A stretch of 59,828 nt of DNA, filler included, from Platydemus manokwari (GCA_037951405.1; 5 parts of 5 records of this genome joined end to end with filler, not necessarily neighbours in it), one strand, 5' to 3'. Shown: positions 1 to 13,995, counted from the whole stretch's first letter. Numbers and translations: made by a program. The notes: generated by a model not told the origin, from the sequence alone.

Positions 1-411
1 CAAAAGTCCAATATCGTGCGGTCTGGAGATATTGGTGGTCATTCCTTTGATCCTGATCTCAACCTAGTGGATAAATTTCCGGTTTTTTCAAACTTCTGTT
101 TCCAATATTGCACTGTTGGCCTAGCTGGTGGTACACGATTGAAATGTTGTTAAAATTCTTGGCAAGCTTTGGCACTACTCTGGTACACTATTGCATGACT
201 AACTATAAACACTCTAGCTCCAAGCGAAAATTTATGATCACCAGCTGCTTCCGCCATATTGCAATAATGCAAGTGATTAATAAGAAATAAAAAATAAAGT
301 ACATTAATCAGTGAATAATAATTAATATCAATGAGTACAAATATGTGAGTATAAATGATATTGTGTTTTATTTTGATTTTAGAGGCGGAGACTTTTGAAT
401 CGCACGGTATA
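1..411 (-). mobile_element. Tc1/mariner-type DNA transposon, 5' end with decayed transposase N-terminus (DUF4817-like HTH); runs off contig edge
   Basis: Minus frame from ATG 257: MAEAAGDHKFSLGARVFIVSHAIVYQSSAKACQEF*QHFNRVPPARPTVQYWKQKFEKTGNLSTRLRSG.., matching the 'RVFIV...F...F...PP.R.TI..W..KF..TG.....RSG' HTH pattern of Tc1/mariner-like transposases. It carries two in-frame stops. A terminus-like TA|TACCGTGCGATTCAAAAG lies at about 392-411 (minus). Confidence 0.7.
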
Positions 412-1051
412 TTAAATCAACTGGTGTGACCAAAAATTACAAGTCAGACAATTTCAAGAAAAAAAAATAATTTTCTTTTACAAAAATTAAAATACTCTGA
501 CAAAAAATTATTTTTTATTGTCGAAAAATTTCCTTATTATTATTGATTTATCAGAATATTTTTCAATGTCAAAAATTTCTGAAAAAAAGATTAATTATCA
601 CCTCAATTACATATCTAGATATAGTCCTAGCTTATCCCTCACTTCAAAGACAAATGGCACATTGTAAATGCCTTTTTGACACTTTCTTAGGCACTATAAA
701 TCTGGTATCATTTATTAAAAATTTTTGACTGATTCAATAGTTTTTCATTTTATCGCCAGAAAACGTTTTTTGAATTAAAAAACCGAATATAGACAAAAAC
801 TATTGCTGTCAGTTGGAAAATGATTATTAATATTAGCTACGTCAATTGTTTGCACTATGACCAAAACATAGTTTTAGGTCGTTTCTTTGTCTTCATAATA
901 TGTTCGATATTATCGTTGATATATTTGCACAGTGCCAACTCACTATATAATCAAAAAATCAATAGAATGTGTCAAAAAGGCAAGAATGCAGATAATTATA
1001 TGAAAAATCGATTCCAAATATTATCATGAAATAATAAACCTTTTCGTTTTT

Positions 1052-2168
1052 TTAATTCTTATCGTTTATTGCCTTGCAATTTACGTCCAATCGTTCATCA
1101 GGTTTCAACTTTAGAAATCCAAAGGCATTCTTGACATTTGCCGTCAGATAATTAAAGAAAACTTTGACAAAGCCAAATCTAAGAGAAAGAACAATGGGAA
1201 ATGTACGAGAAACATAATAAATAAAATCGAATAAGTTACGAAAAATACATTTGAAATGTGTTTATTATAATTGATATAAATTTAATTACATTGATTATTG
1301 TTGATCAGATGATAAATAATCGATATTATTTTAAAAGTATGCATCGGATTCAATAAATGAGATGTGTGATATTGATTGTATATGCATGTATTTTATTGTT
1401 TCGAAAAGTTAATTTAGATTTATTTAATACAGGATGAAAATTATTGATTCTCATTCCAAAAAAAATTCACATTTCTCAATTTCTAGTTCAAAGATTAATA
1501 AGAGTAATAATTGTATCAGCTCTAAACCCCTTCACCCCAAAAATTTCACAACAAACAACCAATCAAATTGAAGCAAAAATTTAGTTATTTGAAAATGTTT
1601 TCCAGTTTTTTTGTTCATCTAATTAATTTTAAAACGCTATTAAATACAATCAAATGTTTACTGAAATGACTCTTTACAACTCATTAAATTATAAACAAAT
1701 AATAAGGAATCTTATTGAAATGCTATCAAGCAAACAGATATTAAAATCGCCAATGATTTCTTTAAGCAGGCGAAGCACCAATTAAAAAAATTTTCAAATG
1801 CAAATACATATTATTTGGTTTAATGACTAACAAATTCCAAATCGATGGATTGTGGATTTTGACTGGTTTAGGAGACTCTTTCAGTTCTGGAAATTGTTGT
1901 TTGATACGGCACATTTCTTTATAGACTATAGCATCTTGTAATTCTATTAACTTCTCTTTGTAATAATTTTTCTCTTGCAACAAAACCGCCATATCAGACC
2001 GTGAAAATGACTTTTGCTGAATCAGTATTGATTGATTTAATATCATTATTATTATTAATATTTATTTTATAAATGATTGAATATCGGCAATACAACGTTA
2101 ATCAATAATAATGTTATTACTAGCATATAAAGATGTTCACATAGGATATTATTATCTTTAAAAATATT

Positions 2169-2199
<31 letters not shown>

Positions 2200-5100
2200 T
2201 TATTATTATACCTTAAATACATGTAGTGGATCGACAAGTACCTGATTGGATTCTGATTCTTTCACCTTGAGAAATTCCTCTTTACATGCTCGAAGTTCAT
2301 GTTCTAGATGTGCTACCTTGGCTTTCAAATCAGCTTCTCTATTACAATGTTGATTGACATCTTCTCGCAATACATCATTTTCGCTAAAGCAAAATTATAT
2401 TTCAAAATTCATTTGTGAACCTGATAACATAAGAGATTAAAATCAATAATATAATAAATCAAGAAATATCAATATATAATTCTGTAACCATCGTTACCAA
2501 TATACCGAAAGGGATATAAAATAGCACTGTTCTTTTATTTATACTTAATTAAAAGTTTCCTTTACTGCAAAATAAAACATCAACACTGCTTTCCAGCTCT
2601 TTTTTATATCTTGAACTAAAATAAATCGAATTTTTTATTTTTTCAAAATTCTTTCCTCCAAATCATTTTAATCGATTAACACATTGAAAGTAAATCTTAT
2701 CTGAGATAATTTAGAAAACTCAACTTGACGGGTACGTACGGGTTGAATCTATATGTGACGAGTCAAATAATTGTAATGATCAGAAAACATTAAGCACAAT
2801 ACTGTCTTATACATAATCAGCAAACCTGGATTATTGAACATATCGTACCACACAATAACTAATTCAACATTTTTTCATGTCAACAGAATTTTCAAAATGT
2901 CTCAATACCAAATTTTTGTGAGGAAAAGTACAACTTTTATAGGAAAATTAGAAAAATATAGTGTTTTCCTACACTTGGTTAACTGATCAATTTTCATCGA
3001 TCGACAACTTGAATTGTTATACATTTTTCAAATCAAGAATCATAGCAAAATAATAATTGAAATATCTATATTCTCCATGGGAAGAGCCTATCGAATTTAT
3101 AACAATTTTTATATACTACTTTCAAAACTTTATATACTACTTTTGAAAACTGAAATCAAAACGAAAACAATAACAAATGGTGACATCGGGAAAATAATTT
3201 CCAAACTTTTATATAAATCAAAATATAGAATATAAGGAAAGTCAAATTTACCAACCTGGTCATTAAATCCAGTCGATTGATCAAATCATCTTTTACAATA
3301 TTGAGGGCGTTCCTAAATAAATAATTGCATTCAAAAACAGATATTTCTTCACAATTTTCACGTCCATGTGGTCATGGATTGTCGAATTTTATTGGCTATG
3401 ATAATAGTCAAGAAAGTCAAAGAAATTTTGATGATATTAACCGATCGATTTTAGCTGAAAGAGTTGATTAATATAATGATTCTCAGATATCACTGATCAA
3501 AAGATGATCAATGTGTAGATGAAACCTAAATTTTTGCTAATTATTTCGATTTCGTTATCCTTATGATTGCAACTGTTAAATCTCGACTCGGTTGATTTTG
3601 TTTGTCAGTCGAGAGAGATTGTCAAATAATCCAGTAAGCCTTTACATGCCACTATCATCTCAGACATCTGTATCTCTAGTGAAACTATATTTTCAAAAAC
3701 CAATCAAGAGTTATATGAATCAAAAACACTTGTACCATCTCTGTGCTGTTTAAAATACAGAAAATCAATAAATTTTACCATCCTTTACAAAATCGAAATC
3801 AAAACTTGTGGATCAGAATTATAACCTAAGTAACTGTCAGTGTCAAGAAACTCCATCTGAATTTTCCAAATCAGAATAGTTAAATCTTCAATAATAAATA
3901 ATCCACGTAAGCTAAATTATCATTGATACAATGTCGAACAAAATTATTTAACTACTGCCAATCTACTAAAAGACTTCCCCGACGATTACAGCTTCCCATA
4001 TGAACCACTACTACCACCATTTTAGAAAATAAAACAATGACGTTATAAGTATTTTAGCAAATAATATTCTACTGAAAAATTCAATAAAAGATTTAATGAT
4101 TTTCGTTTGAAGAAATAAAAGGTCTCGAGAAGAAAATTGTCAAAATCACTGAATCTTCTCGGACCGAATCTATATTTGAATTCCGATTTGATTCATGATA
4201 CAAAAAAATCACAGATCATCATTACATTAAATCTTTTATGATTATCGGTACTTATTCAGTTCACCCTATAAGCTGTTACTTCATATGGGACTCACATGAA
4301 ATAGTTTTGCACTATTTTAAACAGAGAGATTGTTCTTAAGGAATATAATATAAGTAAATTAAACCATTCATTTGTAAATCGGTGTTTTGTATTGTTGACA
4401 CAATGGAAAATCGATTTGATTTTCTTTAGATAGGCTCTTTTGTTAAGATTTATTATTTGATAATTTGTATTACTAGGAATTTGAAACAGAGAACATGAAA
4501 TCACGAAAAATTGTAAAATTAAAAAAATAATCATATTAGCGAATACACACACACAGACATATATATGTGTGTGTATTCGCTATTATGAGTAGATAGGAGA
4601 GAGGGTATATAGAATATATTCAATACAAACGAGGAATTACTGGGGAACCTTGTGAGTATTTTAAGGATATAATCAATACTTTCAACAAAATCGATTCCAA
4701 TCAAATAAACGACAAAAACCACTTCATTTGATTTGTTCAAATATTCTAATAAAATATATTGCTGAATTGAAATATTTTAAATTCGTTTTCAGTTCACATT
4801 TAATGAGGTAGTGGCAACTTGCATGGCGAACATTTGAATAATCTTAAAAATTTATAAAATTATCGATTTTAACAATGATTCTAACAAAGTTAATATATAG
4901 ATATTATTGATTTTATTTTTTAAAAATGTTTAAAGTACTAATTTAGATAATTACGATAATTGATTATTATAATTTTATGAGATTATTAAAATAAAAGAAT
5001 TTTATTAGAATTTATTTTTTCCATTTATCGATTTTATCTATTTGTCTTTAATAATCTGCAAGATAAATAGCAGATAATCAACTAAATTTCACGATTGATT

Positions 5101-8100
5101 TCAGAATATCAAGACAATATTGGTAATCCCAAATAAATATTTCACTTTACTAAGACTAAGGCAGTATGCAAAGGTGATCACAATCAATATTAAGTGAATT
5201 TTTTTATCAATATAATTATATGATGATAATATATAACCTTAAACAAGCAAGCTTCTGAACAGATGAAAAAATCACAATCAGTATAGATATCTATGGAGAA
5301 CAACAATTTTGTCTGAGCGTATCTCAGTTAATGAAGTTTTTCCTTAAAATCAGTAAATATTTCCAAAATATTTGTAACCGAATTTCCAGAATTCATCGAT
5401 AACATCGACCGTTTGAAAAATTAGTTTCAGTACTTGTTTTCTTCATGTGCAGCACAATATAAGAAGTGGTTAACCATTATTATTGATTGTTGTTATTGAT
5501 AAGATAGCACAAAATGAGTCTTAATATTTGTAACAACTTTTGCTGCTCTCGATGACAATGGGAAGCTCAAATTAGAAAAATGAAAAATCCATTGTTATAA
5601 AAATCATAACAATTTTTTAAAGTCCGCGAGAGGGATTTTCCTACCGCGCTGTGAAGGTCTTATTTATGTTAAATCGATATTAGTTTTTTTTATTGTAATT
5701 TTATTTAATGTTTTTCAATAATATTGATTTCCAATATAATCAACAAATAAATGCATCAATGAATTTTTTAAACAATCAATATCATCTAACTTGGTTGCTA
5801 CTAATTCTTGGTTTTCACGAATCAAACATTCGATCTCGCGCCCAATTCCTGAAATCAATTAAATAAATTAGATTTTTATCATCATTCTTGTTCGATTATT
5901 TTAAATAATCAATAATCGATATGAGCTAAAAAAAATGAAAATAATATTTTTCAGACAACCAATGAAACTGGAATAATAATAAAGAAATAATAACGACACC
6001 ATATATTCCCGGAAGGTGTGATTAATTTCGATTCAATTCAAGGAGATAACATAAACCCAATAACTCATTTTCCCACCCAAAAATATAATCAATGAAAATA
6101 TATAAAAATATGTCCTTCAAATTTAATTTCAAGTTTTTAATGGCTAAGACATGAAATTAAAACAATTCCGGACTGTGGAATCGCAAAATACATGCTTGAA
6201 TATCAAAAATATCAATCAGATCAAATCCAAAGCCTACCGAATTCATCATCAGTAATATCTGCATCAATGTCTAAATTATCTAAATCGAAAACCAAATCAA
6301 TAACTCACAATTATTACAACGCCACATACTCATCTCGGCAGAAGGATCTTCAGACGTCTGTCCGGTATCAGAAAACAATTCTCCTCTGGATTAATGAGTC
6401 AAGACATGTACTACATTCCATAATATACCTTGTGATAAAATCTGAAGACTCTCTCCTATCCATCATTGAAATGAGACCATTTTCGTTACAACTATCATCA
6501 AACTCGGCTATCCATTGATCGTTAGCTAAAATATCAGCCATAGTCTCCTCCTCATTCGATATGTAATTAGAGATAAACATGCTACCTAAAGCAAAGCAAT
6601 AATAAAAATTATTGAGCAATATTTTGAGTTTGTTTCGTTGAATTGATTTCTCGAAACTTTTTTCCTTTCATGATTTTAACATAAAAAATTACATTGTTCA
6701 AGATTTATAAAATTATAACTATAATCATTGCTGTAATCAAGTTACACTTGTAGAGCCGTTTGCCATACCAATTGGCCCTTCACATATGAACAGGTTTTCT
6801 ACTGTTTCTATCTCAGTAATGAATATGAATATGCCTCTCAATAATTTGACCATATTAGTTTTCAGGCAACTTTTTAATATTGATTTCTGAATAATGACGT
6901 TCGGTGTAATTATCTTTACAACAACAAATCACTAGCAATTATAATAATCAATAATAATAATAATTATTATTATTATTATTAAAACTATTGCAGATCGATA
7001 ATGATATACTGTATTGTATTAATCATAGCCTTACAATTATAAAATTACCATTTAAAATTTGAGTTTACCTGATCAATATTCAATAATAATTATACAATCA
7101 ATATTGTTATTCTAAGCACTTACACGAGTACTCCAAAATAGTCAAAATGGTTGAGAGATCATTCAAAAACGTTGCACGCACACATTCATAAATAACACAA
7201 TGGGTTTGAAATTAAATATTGTTTTGTTTAAATAAATCTTTTTTTTGCTTTTGTCCTGGAAGCACTCAAGTACTCCTAGTGTTAAGAGATCAATTTCAAC
7301 AATAGAGAAATGTGCTGGTAAATGTGAAATTTGTGTTGATATTATTATTATTGTTATTGGTAACAGTAACTAATAGCAATGAACAATACCTAATACCCGA
7401 ATTAATCAATAAAAATGAACAATGGTGTTTGGTAAATGGACATTTATCAATTCGAACATGCATACCAAAGGTAGACCGGTTTCTAGGACTTATACTCAAC
7501 ATAGACAGATAGAAACTTGAATCCATCATTTGATAATAAGCTCATTGGTGGACACAAAACAATTACCACTTAACTTACATTTTGTCATGACCAGTAGCAA
7601 TAATTCCTCACAATTATTAAAAGGTAAAAATCATAAAAAGGAAAAGAGCTGGTAGAATGCGGATTCTTCATTTATTGAAAGTCATGTACACTCACGAGAT
7701 TCGTCCAAACGATAATAATTTTCTTTATGTACATTGGAAGTCTGATAATTCGAAGGCACGTTCTCGGTTTTCTTGCTGGGAATGTCATCTAGTACAAACG
7801 AAACTTTTGCTCTCTGCCGATTTACTAGTCGTTCCACTTTATTCTGGATTACAGATGATATCGGTGAAATGTCACGACATGTTTCAATTTGAATTCGATT
7901 CAACTGTTCGGCATGGGATTTCAAGACTTCTGTATACCGATCATATAGCTTTTGATTTTCTCCCTTCAGTGCTTCAACCTTATCTTCAAGGCGAACAACT
8001 AAAATAATGTAATTTTATTGATGGATCATTTAGCAGCATTGAATAAATCAATAATATGATGGAATCGAGACTCGGATGATATTGTCGAACGATATTTCAT

Positions 8101-11100
8101 CCATCATTTACAACGGAAATTGATATAAGAATTTATCATATCTAGGACACAAATATTCTCAAATAAAGGGCTGGAAAATGAGGTGCCAAATAAATTGACT
8201 CAGCAAATATATCAAGGAGATCCAAATGAGTTGGTATTTTAAATTTTTTAATAGAGGGAATTGAGACAAATAAATAAAAGTGTTTCATCAATATAATTGA
8301 TATTAAATATGAAGTCGAGCTCGTTGAATCTTATGTTTATATCGCTATTTGAAATTTCAGTAAAGTAAACCTCACATGATAATTTCAAAATAATGACCAT
8401 CACATAGTCCGCTAAGTGTACTTTTGTTAGGAATTACTTACTTGATTCAGATAATAAAATTCACATTTCTTGTTTTACTTCGAAAACTCTCATTTAATAA
8501 AGTACATCGCACAAAATGAAGACCGTATCATCACGAGACATGTTCCAAATATTCGGCACAAAATCAAACTGTCTCAATTCTAATACTAATAGAAATAAAG
8601 TGATGAAAGATTATTTTATAGTTGGAAATTTTTCATAAGAGAATTTAAAGATTATGTTTTATTGGGAATATATATATATATATATATATCGAGAACTTTC
8701 CGAAGAGTTTATAAGAGATTTCCAAGATAAAGTTAATTTGATAAATATTTCGAGAAGTCAAAAACTATTCGAATCTTTTGTTAGAAAAGTTCAAGATCAA
8801 GTAGATTGGGATTATATTTCCTGTAATCAGGAACTTTCTGAAAATTTTATTCGAAACTTTCAAGATAAAATAGATTAGAATATGAAATTTCATGGTATCA
8901 AAAACTTTCCGAAAATTCGATACGGATAATCGTGAATTGGAAAGAATTTTATCATGTGAAAAATAATTTTTGTAAAAATTGAATTCTGAAAAACAATAAA
9001 TTCGAATATCATTGTAAACTTCAGATCAATGAAAAATCAATAGCTCTTACAATATTCGATGGATTAATTGACATCAAGTGATTGTTTATTAATTTCATTA
9101 CAAAATTATTATCAATCGATATCATTATCATCATCATTGCTAGCATCTCTACATTTCTGAAGATGTCTCCAGAATTAAGTCAGTTCTGGGAATTTTTTCT
9201 TACACCGTCATTTTTTGTGGATTTTTTTGGTTTATATATGCTTGTAAATTAGATCTATCATCCTTGGGAAGTTCAATTCATACTATCAAGGTCATTGATT
9301 ACGAGGCTTATCTCCGAACATAAAAATTCGTACTCTTTTATAAGCAACTCCAATTTGACAAATATTGGCAAGAGTTGAGTTTATATCGGAAAGCCCATTT
9401 TTTATCAAATCAAAATGGTTGAAAGATATGATAGAGTATTCTATAAGTCGCTTTCAAATATTCGATAATCATTTTGTTTGTTTTATGACGAAAGACTTTA
9501 TAAAAATTACTAATTTTGTATTTTGTATAAGAATTTTGAAAAATACGAATAATCTGTGTTGAAAATAAGGTTGGAAAGCAATGAAAAAACACATTTGCAA
9601 AATGATTTCGGTTTAATGTTAAATTAACGATTTCGGTAGAAATGAACCATCAACTATCCATTCCTAATAATATTATTCCGTCATTGTTGGTAAGGTAAAG
9701 TTCTGGATGTACCTAAATTGGAACTAATAATCAAAGACTACGAAAAATTTCCCCTTGCCTGATGATATACTAAGAGTACAATCATTTAAGTGTAAGGGTA
9801 ATAGGCGAATAACCTTTAACTATCAAAACTCTTCAGAATTGTCATTATTTTCGAGAAAGATTACGAAATCAACGAAACTGGAAATAGCTGAACTAACAAT
9901 CGGATAATATTAAATTGTATCAGTGACATTTTATTTCCAATCTAATATAATTTATCGCGATATCCTTTGGAAAAATTACTGTTGGTTTCAATAACTCAAT
10001 AGCAGAGTTAATCATTATCGGACAAATTAATATAATGTTAGAGATTATATGAGATGTAAATGCATTTCATCATTACGGACATGCATTATGCTGTCAGACT
10101 CTGCCAGGCATGTGTGCAAGACCGTGGGTTGAATACAGCCCACAAAATATCGTGATCGATTGTTTTTATGGAGCACACTCCGCTAATTTCTAAATGAAAC
10201 TAATTTTGAAACAAAACATACTTGTATCACTGGCGTTTCTGGTTTTAACTTCAAAAAGTCGATTCACCGATTCACTGGTGATCAACTTTTCTTTCAACTG
10301 ATTCTTTTCCTCTTCATAAGCGTATTCTAAATTCAAAGCCCTCTGGAAAAAATAGAATAAAATTAACCAAATCTCAAAGTACAAATTTCTTCAAAATCAT
10401 AATTTAGAGAAATAAAATCAATAATGATCTCAAAACGTGTCACTGTCACTCCAAGCAAACAACTAGAAAATCGATATTGAAATAAATTTAAAATATTGGA
10501 ATTACAATACAATAAATTCAACTCATTATTTTATTTTAATGGATCATTCTTGAAATCCAATCGATAATAATTTTGTGAAATAAATCGATTTCTATTGAAA
10601 GCTATATTAATTAATATGAATAAAGGAAATAAATAATATGGATTACAATTATCAATACATAAGAATACTAAAATTAATCAATGATGAAATGAATAAATAC
10701 AAAACCCTGGAATCAATTCGCTACACTGAAATTTATCACGAATCGTCAAAATCACAGACTGGGATTATATTTTTGGAAACAATTTAAAATAATACTTAAT
10801 CCAATCTGATTTGTTTGATTTGAAGTGTTTTATTAACTTATTTAACTGGCACGAGATAAGAATAAAATCTATTGATCATACATTATATTATTGATCCAAT
10901 TCCATCAAATAAAATATCTTGAAAATTATCTTATGAAGAATTTATAGGAATTTATAAAAACTCGAATGCCAACCAATAATGAAGACACCGAGATAATATT
11001 TTATCCGTCATCCTATTTTATTCCAATGATAATATCTTACCAGACACATTTAAATAAATCAATAAAATCGACAATTTTACAACAAAACGAAAAACTTTTT

Positions 11101-12676
11101 CTCATAATTGTTCGGAGATTCGTTTTGCTTAAAATCGTTTAAGAATATGTAGTGAGTAGGAGCATCAGATAAATTATAATTTATAAAAATTATCGATATT
11201 CATTTCGAAAGCAAAATTATCATTCTTGTCTAATTCAAATCAGAAATAAAATGTACGACATAATTTTTTAATCATATTTTTCTTAGAATCAACCTAGAAA
11301 TCGATTGAAAAATGTTATTCCAATGTTAATATATTGCGTAACAACTGGTTTCGCGATTTCAAAGATAATCAATAAACCCACAAGTTGTAATAATGTTCAC
11401 GTAATCGGTGATGTCATAGAATAAGTCAATTATCTAATATATCAGTTGAATTTTTCCGATAAATCGACAAATCGTTAATGGCACACATTGAATAATTCAG
11501 CACTTTTCCGTGACTTAATATAATGAATGACAACTTGTGAACCACAAATTACTCGACATGATGAAAATTTCTGAGAAATGTTTAATTAAGAAAATTATTA
11601 TTTAAAATAGCTTATCCATCACCCAGTTGAAGTTTATCAATCAATAAATTTCAGATCCCATTGATGCCATCTAATTATATAAAAATCACCATTATCAAAT
11701 ACTGGTGTAAAAAATTCGATAAGAAAAAAATATTTGAAATGAGTAAGACGCTAAAAGAATTAAAATATTCTTTCAAGAATAATCTAAAAATAATAACCCA
11801 GCATCATTAATATTATTAGACATTATCGACCAATCATATTCAGACTTAATTCAGAGCACAAGATTCAATATTCGAATTTTTATAGCAAATTACAATCAAC
11901 TCCCATGCATCATCTCAAGGTCAGAAAGTAGTAGCAATTTTCTATTTATGGAATATATGATGAATGTTATTGTAGTAAATGAAGTTCAAAATTGATTGAT
12001 ACGCTGTGTGGGATATACGACCAATCGGTGCATTTCCACGTGATTCTTCGTAGAGATGGGAGGTAAATACCAATTCACTAAGCTTATAGTGAATTATAAA
12101 TGGGGCTAAATTGCACGATTTTTATCAATTAATAATTATCAATAAATTAAGAAATTGTCTAATGACATCATGAAATAAAATATACAATGAGATTTGAGTG
12201 TAAAAATTTTGATCAATAATCTAATAAAGTTTGAAAATAGTTTTCTATTGATGAATAAATTAATTCATGTTATTCGATAATCCTCATCAATAAATAAATA
12301 ATAAATTTTAATATAAATCAATATTTCTGTATTATCGATTTATTTAAAATCATACTTCTTCAGCCTGCTTTTTGCATATTTTTTCTTTTTCATATTGTAC
12401 ATTCAAAGCACAATTATCATCCTTCAATAATTCCAATTCCAATTCGTAGCTTTGTTTGGTACGATATAGCTCCTCTAAATTTTCCAATACACTCACAATT
12501 AATGGCATCAAATATTCAACGACATCCGATCCGTAGAAGGAAATCAATCTTTCGAATTCATTATAAATTTTATTGGCAACGATTTGAACTTTTTCCGACA
12601 TCCCATTGCTGAATTTTTCACTATCCGACGATTTATGTCGAATGTCACATGAATGTTCTCTGGAATGTTTGTTCAT
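1052..12676 (-). CDS. JIP3/JIP4 (MAPK8IP3/SPAG9, UNC-16/Sunday driver)-like motor adaptor: RH1, LZII and RH2 domains; about 529 aa, 11 coding exons
   Basis: Exons (minus, all GT-AG, phases consistent, total 1590 nt): 12676-12356, 10342-10222, 7998-7696, 6585-6429, 6385-6330 (alt donor 6309), 6270-6238, 5848-5791, 3312-3256, 2383-2212 (alt donor 2242), 2016-1832, 1178-1052. RH1 motif: MSEKVQIVANKIYNEFERLISFYGSDVVEYLMPLIVSVLENL..LELLKDDN..YEKEK. LZII: EFGIGREIECLIRENQELVATKNALNIVKDDLINRLD. RH2: FSRSDMAVLLQEKNYYKEKLIELQDAI..SIWNLF. The last exon is the least certain. Confidence 0.88.
2165..2209. repeat. (ATT)n microsatellite in JIP intron
   Basis: Direct reading of an imperfect ATT run next to the donor at 2211. 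Confidence 0.9.
8626..8945 (+). pseudogene. Tryptophan-repeat (23-aa W-repeat) gene fragment of entomopoxvirus/phage/large-DNA-virus type, inside JIP intron 2
   Basis: About 5 tandem 23-aa units: FIREFKDYV/YWEYI..RELSEEFIRDFQDKVNLINISRSQKLFESFVRKVQDQVDWDYISCNQELSENFIRNFQDKID*..ISWYQKLSEN..VNW. Consensus QKLSExFIxxFxDKVDWxxIS. Disabled by frameshifts, TAG in place of a repeat Trp (8876-8878) and an internal (TA)n expansion. Confidence 0.8.
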
Positions 12677-13209
12677 GGAAAATAACTGTTTGAAATAAGA
12701 GTGATCAGTAAAATAAGATTCTCAGCAATCCAAGAAAATTTAATCAATATTATTATTATTATTCGAAAAGATTATTATTATTCTTTGAGGTAAAAATCGA
12801 TATCAACTTTTAGAGAAAAATACCATATTTTAAATTTTTTATTTGGACTTTCTATTTTAATGATTGATTTAAACAAATATTTTTGCTAATATTTAATTTC
12901 AACCAGTATGCAGTAGTTTTGGGTAGCAAAAGATTGAGAAAATAAAAGTAACATCAAATTTATTATAGAAATGCCTTTTTGATATTTAAATCTAAATATT
13001 TTGCTCTTCTATTAAATTAGTTTTTTCATAATATTTCATAAAGTAGTTATGATTTAAATTTTGCAATGTTTTACCACTCAGATAGGAAAAATAACAAGAA
13101 AGATAAACTTAATATAAAGATCAACAAAATGACAGTAATAAAAAAGACCGGTAAATTAAAATACAAATAAATATAGTATTTTATTAATTTTTAGGATATT
13201 TCGGCGTAT

Positions 13210-13664
13210 TTTAAAATAATTTAAATTCAACTGGAAAGAAAATTACTTATATGAAGCAGGTGGCAAATTAATACGGAAATATTGACTTAAATTCCAAAAA
13301 AATTATTTGAGGAAACTAAAAAAAAGCATTATGAAAACAGCCAATCAGGAATTTAAAATTCTTGATTGGATACATGGCGTTGATTGATATTTTTTTAAAA
13401 TCAATAGATAAATCAGATCATATGAAAATATAGGCAAATTTTTAAAAATAATTGTACTTAGTTTTTTATATCATTGATGATTTTCCAGCTAATAATCTTC
13501 TTCCTGGATATCAATATATTGAACAAGTAAGCCAATCAATTTATTTTCCAATAACAATTAAACCCATTAAACAAATTAGATTTAAGATCAATGATCAAAA
13601 TAATAATTTAATATTTTTAAAGGATGAAGAAATATCATTGAGACTTCATCTCAAGGAGATTTGA
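13210..13664 (+). pseudogene. Polinton/Maverick (adintovirus-like) minor capsid (penton) remnant
   Basis: ORF 13452-13664 IIDDFPANNLLPGYQYIEQVSQSIYFPITIKPIKQIRFKINDQNNNLIFLKDEEISLRLHLKEI* fits the Polinton penton C-terminal pattern 'F.P.V.PGY...E.P....Y.P.....I..I...I.DQ.G.......E.I..RLHLK'. The upstream part is broken by stops and frameshifts. Confidence 0.75.
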
Positions 13665-13717
13665 AAATTTTGTTTTATGAAACTTCGTTTTAGATTCGTT
13701 AAATTTTCTAGCAAAAT

Positions 13718-13995
13718 ATGGAATTAATGAAATTACTAATATTGATTTAAAGGATATTGCTGATTAATTGAATTTGAAATTTGAGATTAATATGATAGAT
13801 GATCTAACAACAATCTAAATAAAATAAATTATTTTATAAATTAAAGAAATCGCGAATAATAAATGATTTCTTTAAGCAAATTAAATTCCATTTATTTCGA
13901 CTATTATGAAATTTTACCAGCAAGAAAAGCTCATGATTTATTTGACGATAAGAATATTTTACACAATTCAATTCAAATACAATGTGGGTTTATGA
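13718..13995 (+). pseudogene. Polinton/Maverick adenain-type cysteine protease remnant
   Basis: GINEITNIDLKDIAD*LNLKFEINMIDDL then YFDYYEILPARKAHDLFDDKNILHNSIQIQCGF, matching the adenain-like 'L(S/T)NxDL', 'YFDSYG..P' and 'N..QIQ...CG' motifs. The catalytic His segment appears deleted. It lies directly downstream of the penton remnant. Confidence 0.65.

Noticed and set aside
7312-7512. ORF with signal-peptide-like LILLLLLLV in a JIP intron
   Set aside because: The hydrophobic run comes from a TTA/TTG microsatellite, the start is non-ATG and there is no other support.
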